From a virus (Duplodnaviria; Caudoviricetes): DNA of 33,869 nucleotides. The stretch is from the IMG/VR virus record IMGVR_UViG_3300020042_008599, positions 1 to 33,869 of that record; one strand, written 5' to 3'. Under the pieces are notes generated by a model. The model was given only the letters and a program-made list of their open reading frames with translations. It was not told the DNA's origin and searched no databases. A program made the translations under genes and the position numbers. Below are positions 1 to 6,776 of the stretch, one piece after another (within the stretch, counting starts at the first letter, position 1; each line of letters begins with the position of its first letter).

Positions 1-657
1 AATTCTGCAAATAACAGGTCATACCCGTTTACGTACACAGTCTCCGCAGCAAATACGTGGACAACTGCGGCAATCACCATTCCCGGAGATACCTCTGGAA
101 CGTGGCTGACCAACAACGGCACGGGGATCGATGTTTGTTTTGGTGTCGGCGTCGGCTCCAACTTTTCAGGCACTGCCGGTGCGTGGGCGGGTTCAAACTT
201 TGTCTCAGCCACAGGTTCTGTCAGCGTAGTCGGCACAAGCGGAGCCACCTTCTACATCACAGGCGTCCAACTCGAAGCTGGCTCTGTCGCCACGCCGTTT
301 GAGCGCAGACCGTATGGGACTGAGTTGCAGCTTTGCCAGCGGTATTATGAGTGGGGCGTCGCTTCTGGGTCTGGGTACGGACAAATTACAAACATTTTTG
401 ACGCTGGATCAACGTCTAACATTGATTTTAAGGCGTCGAAGAGGGTCGTGCCAACATTGACGAACATGTCGTTGTCGGCAAATCAGTATCCCAATAACCA
501 AAACAACACCGTTCCACGCTACGAAAACGGATTTGCCCGAGAGTTTAGGTACACCACGGTTAACAACACAGCGTTTTGGAATGTCACCACCGGCAACGGA
601 GGCTCTACCGGGCCTGCGGGGCATCAAATAATCTGGAACGCTTCAGCGGAGCTTTAA
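1..657 (+). CDS. Tail fibre protein, C-terminal part (5' truncated by window edge)
   Basis: Frame 1 is open from base 1: NSANNRSYPFTYTVSAANTW...FYITGVQLEAGSVATPFERRPYGTELQLCQRYY...WNASAEL*. The GVQLE-GS-ATPFE-R---EL-LCQRY motif and SAEL end are typical of aquatic phage tail fibres. The ORF track start at 325 is internal. Confidence 0.85.
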   Translation, partial: NSANNRSYPFTYTVSAANTWTTAAITIPGDTSGTWLTNNGTGIDVCFGVGVGSNFSGTAGAWAGSNFVSATGSVSVVGTSGATFYITGVQLEAGSVATPFERRPYGTELQLCQRYYEWGVASGSGYGQITNIFDAGSTSNIDFKASKRVVPTLTNMSLSANQYPNNQNNTVPRYENGFAREFRYTTVNNTAFWNVTTGNGGSTGPAGHQIIWNASAEL

Positions 658-659
658 TC

Positions 660-830
660 ATGTACCAACTTACCCAATACAACAGCGTGCATCGCCTGTC
701 CGACAACGCCTTCATCCCCTTCGACCCCGCCAACACGGACTACCAAGCCTACCTTGCGTGGCTTGCCGAGGGCAACGAGCCTCTTCCCGCAGAAGACCAA
801 ACAGGGCAAAATACACCCATTCAGGAGTAA
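660..830 (+). CDS. Small tail-fibre-associated (assembly/chaperone-like) protein, 56 aa
   Basis: ATG at 660, 2 nt after the fibre stop. MYQL...RLSDNAFIPFDPANTDYQAYLAWLAEGNEPLPAE carries the IP-DP-N-DYQ-YL-W motif that commonly follows this fibre type. Confidence 0.8.
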   Translation: MYQLTQYNSVHRLSDNAFIPFDPANTDYQAYLAWLAEGNEPLPAEDQTGQNTPIQE

Positions 831-833
831 CCG

Positions 834-1703
834 ATGGCACAGCAATTTACCAACAACGCCCGATCGACGATCACCAGTACGATCTCGGCTTCAGACACCA
901 CGTTGACGGTTCAATCGGCTGCCGCCGATTTGTTTCCTGTTGCTGATGTGGGTACTGGCAGCATCCCATCAGCCAACAGCTGGTTCAAAGCCACCCTCCA
1001 AGACGTCAGCGGCAATGTGGAAATCATCCATGTGCGCACGCGCAACTCTGGCTCTGCGGTGTTTTCCAACATCATCCGGGCACGCGAGGGCACGACGGCT
1101 CGAGAGTTCATCGCCGGTACTATTGTCGGGTTGCGCCTCACGGCCGCTGACATAGGCACCGTTGTGGGTGCGCTGGATACCATCTACAACGCCATTTACC
1201 CTGTCGGTTCTATCTACACAAACGCTGCAAACAACACCAACCCCGGCACATTGCTGGGCTTCGGCACTTGGACTGCTTTTGGTGCGGGGCGCGTTGCAGT
1301 TGGCTTCGATGCTTCGGACCCGTTGTTCGACGCCGCTGAAGAGACTGGCGGTTCTAAAGACGCAATCGTTGTGTCTCACACCCACACAGGCACAACTGGA
1401 AATCAGAGCGCAGATCACTCGCACACATTTAGCGGCACGACCAGTTATGTCGGAAACCATTCCCACAGTCAAGTGGGCGTCAACGAGCTTCAGCAATTTA
1501 CCCAAGGCGGCGCTGGCTGGGCCTCTGGTTCTACGGCAAACACTGGCGGTGCCGGCGCACACGATCACACCTACAGCGGCACCACGTCCGGAATGTCTAC
1601 AAGCCACAACCACGCGTTTACAACGGCCTCGGCTGGCTCGGCCGGCACCAACGCCAACCTCCAGCCGTTCATCACGGTCTACATGTGGAAGCGCACCGCG
1701 TAA
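834..1703 (+). CDS. Tail fibre/spike with N-terminal anchor domain and T4 gp10 C-terminal-like domain with HxH repeats
   Basis: AGGAG RBS. N-terminus FTNNA...RAREGTTA...LRLTA. C-terminus IYPVGSIY..NPGTLLGFGTW..GRVAVG..NLQPFITVYMWKRTA. Five HxH motifs (HTH, HSH, HSH, HDH, HNH). Confidence 0.75.
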   Translation: MAQQFTNNARSTITSTISASDTTLTVQSAAADLFPVADVGTGSIPSANSWFKATLQDVSGNVEIIHVRTRNSGSAVFSNIIRAREGTTAREFIAGTIVGLRLTAADIGTVVGALDTIYNAIYPVGSIYTNAANNTNPGTLLGFGTWTAFGAGRVAVGFDASDPLFDAAEETGGSKDAIVVSHTHTGTTGNQSADHSHTFSGTTSYVGNHSHSQVGVNELQQFTQGGAGWASGSTANTGGAGAHDHTYSGTTSGMSTSHNHAFTTASAGSAGTNANLQPFITVYMWKRTA

Positions 1704-1712
1704 GGAACCACC

Positions 1713-3728
1713 ATGGTTGCAGTTAACATCAAAGCGTTTCGTGGCACGGTGCCCCGTATTAACTCGCGACTGCTCCAGCCCAATCAGGCCAGCACGGCTG
1801 ACAACTGCAAAATTACATCGGGCGGGCTTGAGCCCATTCGTCGCCCAGCCCTGGTGCACACGTCACAACTTGCCGATATCCAAACCGCCTATTTCTGGCG
1901 CGCGCTGATCTCCGGCTACCCGCAAGACAACTGGCTGGTGTGGAACTCGGATGTCGACATCGTGCGCTCTTTGGTCCCCAATGACCCAGAGCAGCGGTTT
2001 TACTTCAGCAGCGCAGCGTTTGAGCCGAGGATTTCTACGTACGCGCTTGCCATCAGCTCTTTGCCGTACCCAACAGCTTGGTACGCATTGGGCGTATTTG
2101 CACCTTCAACCGCGTTGACTGCCAGCGTAGCGGGCGGCTCAGGTACGTTGGAGACTCGGTTTTATGCCTACACCTACGTGACAACCCTTGGGGAAGAGTC
2201 GCCCCCGTCACCACCATCGAACGCAACAACTGGCTACCCCAACGGGACATGGAGCCTGTCGTCCATGCAGACGGCTCCGCCAAACACGGGTTCTGTTTCT
2301 GCTGCAACCAGCATCGGCGGCGAGCAGGTGCGCGTGACGCTCAACACGACTTTTGGTCTGTCGCAGTACGACCTGATTACCTTTGCAAGTGTTGGGGGCA
2401 TGACCGACCTCAATGGCACCTTCCGCATCCAGTCGCTGGGGCCAACGGCCAACACGCTGGTGGTCAACCTTGACACTGCGCAGACCTACACCTCGGGCGG
2501 CAGCTGGACGAAGACTGCTCCCCACAACATAACCGGGATGACCAAGCGCATTTACCGCACGGTCGGCACCGGCGGGGACTTCTTGTTTGTCGCCGAGATC
2601 GCTGTGGCGACGACGAGTTACACCGACGCGGTGGCTGCGGATGACCTGGGTGAAATCCTGCCCACGGCGGATTCCTTGCTGCCGCCGAAGAACCTGGTGT
2701 CGCTGACCAACTTGCCCAACGGCTGCTTGGTCGGTATTGCGGGCAACGAGATTTGCTTCAGCGACCCGTACATGCCCTACTCGTTCCCACTACGCAACCG
2801 GTACACCATCAGTGGCGTCGGTGTCGATTTGATTGCGGCGGGCAACTCGGTGATTGTCTTGACGGACAGTTACCCCGTCCTGTTCACGGGCTCGGACCCC
2901 GAGGCTATGTCCCCTTCGGTCATGCAGACCTACGCTCCTTGTATTGCCAAACGAGGCGTTGTGGACGTTGGTGGTGGGGCGATGTACCCAAGCTTTGACG
3001 GTTTGTGGATTGTGGCCCCCGGCCGCGTCGAGAAGCTAACCCAGAAGCTATACCGCGAAGAAGACTGGCGCCTGCTGCGCGCAGAAACCTTTGTGGCTGG
3101 TTTTGTTGATGGCCAGTACTATGCGCGGTACTACGACGACCAAAACATCCCCTACACCTGGTTGTTTGACACGGCCGAGAACGACAGCGTTGTCCGCATT
3201 GAGCAGGACGCCTCGTACTACCTGCGTAACGACGTAGACGGGGAGTTGTATCTGGCCGAGGGCAACAAGGTGTATCGCTGGGACTCAAGCCCAACTTCCA
3301 AGTATGTTTCTGACTGGGTTAGCTCAGACATCCAGCTGCCGCGCCCGACCAACTTTTCTGTTGCCCAGATTCATGCTCCGTTTATTCAAGTGGCGCCGCC
3401 GGACGAAACTGTACTTCAGAACAACATCACTCTATATGCAAGCGTTGACTTAGTTGGCGGCGCTTTGAACGCGGACTCTTTCTTGGCGACTGAAGTCAAC
3501 GGCTCGGCTCTCGGGCTGTACGAAACCGTGTCGCCAGACAAAGTGCAGTTCTCGCTGTACGCTGACGGTAATATTGTGTACTCCCGAACGGTTACGTCCT
3601 CGGAGCCGTTCCGTCTGCCTTCGGGCTACCTGTCCGAGGTGTACAACGTGGGCTTGACTACAACCATCCCAATGTACAGCGTCACAGTGGCTGACTCTGT
3701 TGTTGAACTGGCACAGGCATCGCAATGA
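1713..3728 (+). CDS. Tail nozzle / tail tubular-like virion protein, paralog A (671 aa)
   Basis: AAGGA RBS. Motifs FRG..PR, W..DVD, TY....GEESPPS, KRIYRT, ICFSDPY.PY.FP, PC..KR, FRLPSG resemble (from memory) the Stx-phage 933W/phi24B-type nozzle family. Colinear with 6777..9020. Confidence 0.7.
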   Translation: MVAVNIKAFRGTVPRINSRLLQPNQASTADNCKITSGGLEPIRRPALVHTSQLADIQTAYFWRALISGYPQDNWLVWNSDVDIVRSLVPNDPEQRFYFSSAAFEPRISTYALAISSLPYPTAWYALGVFAPSTALTASVAGGSGTLETRFYAYTYVTTLGEESPPSPPSNATTGYPNGTWSLSSMQTAPPNTGSVSAATSIGGEQVRVTLNTTFGLSQYDLITFASVGGMTDLNGTFRIQSLGPTANTLVVNLDTAQTYTSGGSWTKTAPHNITGMTKRIYRTVGTGGDFLFVAEIAVATTSYTDAVAADDLGEILPTADSLLPPKNLVSLTNLPNGCLVGIAGNEICFSDPYMPYSFPLRNRYTISGVGVDLIAAGNSVIVLTDSYPVLFTGSDPEAMSPSVMQTYAPCIAKRGVVDVGGGAMYPSFDGLWIVAPGRVEKLTQKLYREEDWRLLRAETFVAGFVDGQYYARYYDDQNIPYTWLFDTAENDSVVRIEQDASYYLRNDVDGELYLAEGNKVYRWDSSPTSKYVSDWVSSDIQLPRPTNFSVAQIHAPFIQVAPPDETVLQNNITLYASVDLVGGALNADSFLATEVNGSALGLYETVSPDKVQFSLYADGNIVYSRTVTSSEPFRLPSGYLSEVYNVGLTTTIPMYSVTVADSVVELAQASQ

Positions 3729-3919
3729 CCAAGGCCGCCATTCCCGCAGTAAACACCGGCAGCGCCGAAATGGACCAGTTTGTGGCCGCGGTCAAGCAGA
3801 ACATTGACGCCATAACGGGGCAGGCCCGCAACGTGAGCAAATTGCCACCACTGCCGCAAACGGCTACACTTACCGACGTTATCGCACGCCTCAACGCGAT
3901 AACAGCTCGCTTGCAATGA
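3725..3919 (+). CDS. Small tail needle/plug-like protein, paralog A (64 aa)
   Basis: ATGA overlap with the nozzle gene. IPAV...AAVKQNIDAITGQ matches LPAI...AAMKENLEIMMGQ in 9020..9367. C-terminal heptads LTDVIARLNAITARLQ. Confidence 0.6.
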   Translation: MTKAAIPAVNTGSAEMDQFVAAVKQNIDAITGQARNVSKLPPLPQTATLTDVIARLNAITARLQ

Positions 3920-3936
3920 GGCCTACGGAGAAACAC

Positions 3937-4152
3937 ATGAAACGATTGATTCTGGCCACCGCTGTGGCCTTCACCCTGACGGCTTGCGCCACGAACCAAG
4001 ACGCTTACTACGCTGCCATCGCTGCTCGTGAAGCACGACAGGCAGAACAAGAACTCCGCGCTGACACTGCCATTGCACAGATGGCCGCAAGCGGTGATGC
4101 ACAGGCCAAGGGTATGGCGTTGATGCACTTTGCGATGAAAGCAACAGCGTGA
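3937..4152 (+). CDS. Lipoprotein, N-terminal half of a probably frameshift-split gene
   Basis: GGAG RBS at 3927-3930 and ATG at 3937. MKRLILATAVAFTLTAC is a signal peptide with lipobox LTAC, followed by an Ala/Gln-rich helix. Confidence 0.7.
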   Translation: MKRLILATAVAFTLTACATNQDAYYAAIAAREARQAEQELRADTAIAQMAASGDAQAKGMALMHFAMKATA

Positions 4153-4400
4153 AGCAGAACCAGCAAGCCATTGCCGCGCCGAAGTCCACAGCCGAGGCTT
4201 TGCTGCCTTGGGCCGCGCTGATCGTGCCAAGCATCACGCAGTTCTACTCGATCACCAAGAACGCTGAGATGGCCATCAACAGCAGCAACAATGCGCTGGC
4301 TGGCAAGATCGACGACAACGACATGGTCACCGATCTGGTCAAAGGCCGCATCGACCCACTCGTTGGTGACGCTGACGACGTGTTGCTGTACCCACGATGA
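4149..4400 (+). CDS. Hypothetical protein; probable C-terminal half of the 3937 lipoprotein (-1 frame)
   Basis: GTG start with no clear SD. The sequence continues the same Ala/Gln-rich helical character. Its stop overlaps the ATG of the spanin gene (ATGA). Confidence 0.55.
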   Translation: MKQNQQAIAAPKSTAEALLPWAALIVPSITQFYSITKNAEMAINSSNNALAGKIDDNDMVTDLVKGRIDPLVGDADDVLLYPR

Positions 4401-4861
4401 TCTTCCCTACGCCCTATCTGCTGGCTGGTGCTCTCGCTGTCGGCTTGCTGACAGGGTGGACCGCCAACGGCTGGAGGCTGAACGGGAAGATTGACGAGAT
4501 GGTGCTGGAGCACACGCAAGCCGTGCAGGTTGCCACGCAACAAGCACTGGACAAAACCAACAGTATGCAAAGGGAGAAAGATGATGCAGTTGCCAAAGCA
4601 CAAGCACAAGCGCGTACCAATGCTGCCGCTGCTGATTCTGCTCGTCTTGAGCGTGACGGGCTGCGCGACGACCTCGTTGCCAGTCGTGGCACCTTCGCCA
4701 GTTCTACCAACGCCTCCCTTTCCGCTTACGCCGACACCCTCTCAGTCGTATTCGAGCAGTGCACAAAAGAGTATTCAGAGCTGGCGGCAAAAGCTGACGG
4801 CCACGCCGCTGACACCAGCACCCTCTTCAACGCTTGGGCAGCCATCGCGGCCGTGAAGTAA
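4397..4861 (+). CDS. Rz-like inner-membrane spanin (i-spanin)
   Basis: N-terminal TM (YLLAGALAVGLLTGWTANGWRL) followed by a long Ala-rich coiled coil. Contains an embedded lipoprotein gene in the +1 frame. Confidence 0.8.
   Translation: MIFPTPYLLAGALAVGLLTGWTANGWRLNGKIDEMVLEHTQAVQVATQQALDKTNSMQREKDDAVAKAQAQARTNAAAADSARLERDGLRDDLVASRGTFASSTNASLSAYADTLSVVFEQCTKEYSELAAKADGHAADTSTLFNAWAAIAAVK
4581..4856 (+). CDS. Rz1-like outer-membrane lipoprotein spanin (o-spanin), embedded in the Rz-like gene
   Basis: AGGGAG RBS at 4571-4576 and ATG at 4581 in the +1 frame. MMQLPKHKHKRVPMLPLLILLVLSVTGC has a basic n-region, an h-region and lipobox VTGC. The mature part is Pro-rich, as in lambda Rz1. Confidence 0.8.
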   Translation: MMQLPKHKHKRVPMLPLLILLVLSVTGCATTSLPVVAPSPVLPTPPFPLTPTPSQSYSSSAQKSIQSWRQKLTATPLTPAPSSTLGQPSRP

Positions 4862-5307
4862 TGTTGCTGGAACTGGCGGCGGCAAACGCAGCGTTCGCAG
4901 TCATCAAGGAGGCTGTGCAGAACTCTGGCGACATCATGAACGCTGGCGACGCGCTGTTCAAGTACTTTGACTCCAAGGCAGAACTCCAGAAAAAGGCCAA
5001 CGAAAAGGGTGGCTCAAGCCGTGGCGATCTTGAAGAGTTCATGGCGCTTGAAAAGCTCAAGCAGCAGGAGGAAGAACTCAAGCAGATGATGATCTACTCC
5101 GGTCGCGGCGGCATGTGGGACGACTGGTTGGCGTTTCAGGTCAAGGTCAAGAAAAAGCGTGAAGCGGACAAGCGACAGAAAGTGCTTGATCGTCAACGCC
5201 TGATCGGACGAATCAAAGACGTGGCCATGATCATTTTGATCATTACGCTATTGGGAGGCTTGGGCCTCATCATCGGTTTTGCAATTTGGATGGCAAGGGA
5301 CGTATGA
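4861..5307 (+). CDS. Coiled-coil protein with C-terminal transmembrane anchor (lysis-region hypothetical), 148 aa
   Basis: TAATG coupling at 4861 (MLLELAAANAAF...). Lys/Glu-rich helices and C-terminal TM VAMIILIITLLGGLGLIIGFAIW. Confidence 0.75.
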   Translation: MLLELAAANAAFAVIKEAVQNSGDIMNAGDALFKYFDSKAELQKKANEKGGSSRGDLEEFMALEKLKQQEEELKQMMIYSGRGGMWDDWLAFQVKVKKKREADKRQKVLDRQRLIGRIKDVAMIILIITLLGGLGLIIGFAIWMARDV

Positions 5308-5471
5308 AAACCATCATCACAATACTGGCCTTGGTGGCCCTTGCTGGGTGCGACGATCGCTTCCGGTACGACTGCCAAGACCCCAAGAATTTCGGCAATC
5401 CGAAATGTGAACCCCCTGCCTGTGAGGCAACGGGAACCTGTACCAAAGACCTGCTAGGACCACCCAAATGA
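5304..5471 (+). CDS. Small Cys-rich lipoprotein, 55 aa
   Basis: ATGA overlap. MKTIITILALVALAGC has lipobox LAGC. The mature part DDRFRYDCQDP...CEPPAC...GTC has four further Cys. Confidence 0.8.
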   Translation: MKTIITILALVALAGCDDRFRYDCQDPKNFGNPKCEPPACEATGTCTKDLLGPPK

Positions 5472-5746
5472 AACCCACCTTGGACGAGAAGTTGAAGTTC
5501 TGCATCGGCATCGGCATGACGATCACCCTGATGGGCATCGTTTTCACGGTGCTGTACTCGCTCGTGTTTGTCACCCAGCCCATGGGCGGCATGGCTCCCA
5601 ATGATGCACGCTTCTTCGAGCTGCTGTTCCCGATCGCCACGTTCATCACCGGTTCACTCGGCACCCTGTTGGCCATCAACACCGATCCGGGCAAGCCAAA
5701 GAAGCCTGAGCCAACCCCGACTACTGAACCAACCGAAGGAGTCTGA
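5468..5746 (+). CDS. Two-TM membrane protein, holin candidate
   Basis: Two hydrophobic segments (FCIGIGMTITLMGIVFTVLYSLVFV; LLFPIATFITGSLGTLLAI) and a charged C-tail. Lies immediately upstream of the endolysin. Confidence 0.6.
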   Translation: MKPTLDEKLKFCIGIGMTITLMGIVFTVLYSLVFVTQPMGGMAPNDARFFELLFPIATFITGSLGTLLAINTDPGKPKKPEPTPTTEPTEGV

Positions 5747-5748
5747 CC

Positions 5749-6216
5749 ATGACACAACTGACCAAGAACTTCTCGCTGCACGAGCTGACCAAGTCTGAGA
5801 CCGCGCTGCGCTACGACATGGAGAACAACCCCGGCCCCGCCGAGATTGGCAACCTGACTGAGTTGGCCGGCAAGGTGCTTCAGCCTATCCGTGACCACTA
5901 CCAGAAGGGCGTCAAGATCAACTCCGGCTTTCGTCACCCTGACGTCAACGCCAAGGTGGGTGGATCACGCACCTCGGATCACTGCAAGGGCATGGCCGCA
6001 GACCTCGAAATACCCGGCGTGGCCAATGCCGATCTGGCACAGTGGGTCAAAGATAACCTTGAGTTCACCCAGCTCATCCTCGAGTTCTACACCCCCGGCA
6101 TCCCTGACTCCGGCTGGGTGCATGTCAGCTACGATCCCGGCAACCTAAAGAAGCAAGTCATGACGGCCACGAAGCAGAACGGCAAGACCGTTTATCTGCC
6201 CGGATTGGTTGCCTGA
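5749..6216 (+). CDS. Endolysin, peptidase M15A family (Zn-dependent)
   Basis: AAGGAG RBS. NFSLHELTKS, SGFR...N.KVGGS, SDHCKGMAAD (H-x6-D Zn ligands) and WVHVSY (third ligand). Confidence 0.9.
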   Translation: MTQLTKNFSLHELTKSETALRYDMENNPGPAEIGNLTELAGKVLQPIRDHYQKGVKINSGFRHPDVNAKVGGSRTSDHCKGMAADLEIPGVANADLAQWVKDNLEFTQLILEFYTPGIPDSGWVHVSYDPGNLKKQVMTATKQNGKTVYLPGLVA

Positions 6217-6238
6217 TACGGCTCTGACGGCGTACAAT
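6209..6238 (+). promoter_or_regulatory. Candidate sigma70-like promoter (TTGCCT-N18-TACAAT)
   Basis: Sits at one of the few gaps in the + arm, upstream of an AGGAG RBS and ATG 6263. Supported by consensus match only. Confidence 0.4.
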
Positions 6239-6262
6239 CACACAACTTCGTAGGAGCGCAAT

Positions 6263-6508
6263 ATGCCCAGTACACGCCCCGGCACCATGGGTGCCTACAA
6301 ACCCCGTCGCCCCGGCATGACCATGGACGATGTCATGACTCCAGAAGGCCGCGCAATGCGCGACCGCGAGAAGGCCCGCGTTCAGGATGAGAAAGACCGC
6401 GCCGCTGCGGGCCGTGCGTATGACAAGGTTACCGGCATGAAGAACGGCGGCATGGTGAAGTCCACACCCAAGGCAACGCCCTACATGTGCGGCGGCAAGG
6501 TCAAGTAA
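6263..6508 (+). CDS. Small basic Met-rich hypothetical protein with two [YM]xxGGxV motifs
   Basis: AGGAG RBS. MKNGGMV and YMCGGKV near the C-terminus. TAATG coupling to the next gene. Confidence 0.75.
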   Translation: MPSTRPGTMGAYKPRRPGMTMDDVMTPEGRAMRDREKARVQDEKDRAAAGRAYDKVTGMKNGGMVKSTPKATPYMCGGKVK

Positions 6509-6768
6509 TGGCCAAGACCGCAGCTTGGCAGCGCAAGGAAGGCAAAGACCCCGAAGGCGGCTTGAACGCCAAGGGGCGCGCCTCCTACAACAAGGCCAAC
6601 CCCGGCAAGCCGGGTCTGAAGCCTCCTGCGCCCAACCCCAAGAACGAGAAGGACGCGGCTCGCCGCAAGTCGTTCTGCGCGCGCATGAGCGGGATGCCCG
6701 GTCCGATGAAGGATGAAAAAGGTCAACCCACACGCAAAGCGCTGTCGCTCAAAGCGTGGAACTGCTGA
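6508..6768 (+). CDS. Small basic conserved phage protein (DUF6321-like), 86 aa
   Basis: ATG at 6508 (TAATG). AWQRKEGK.P.GGLN.KGR.SY...RRKSFCARM.GM...SL.AWNC is a motif I recognise from aquatic phages. The DUF number is from memory. Confidence 0.8.
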   Translation: MAKTAAWQRKEGKDPEGGLNAKGRASYNKANPGKPGLKPPAPNPKNEKDAARRKSFCARMSGMPGPMKDEKGQPTRKALSLKAWNC

Positions 6769-6776
6769 GGTAGACG

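Noticed and set aside
349-657. Diversity-generating retroelement target in the AAC/AAT-rich fibre tip
   Set aside because: No reverse transcriptase or template repeat is visible in the window. It cannot be excluded elsewhere in the genome.
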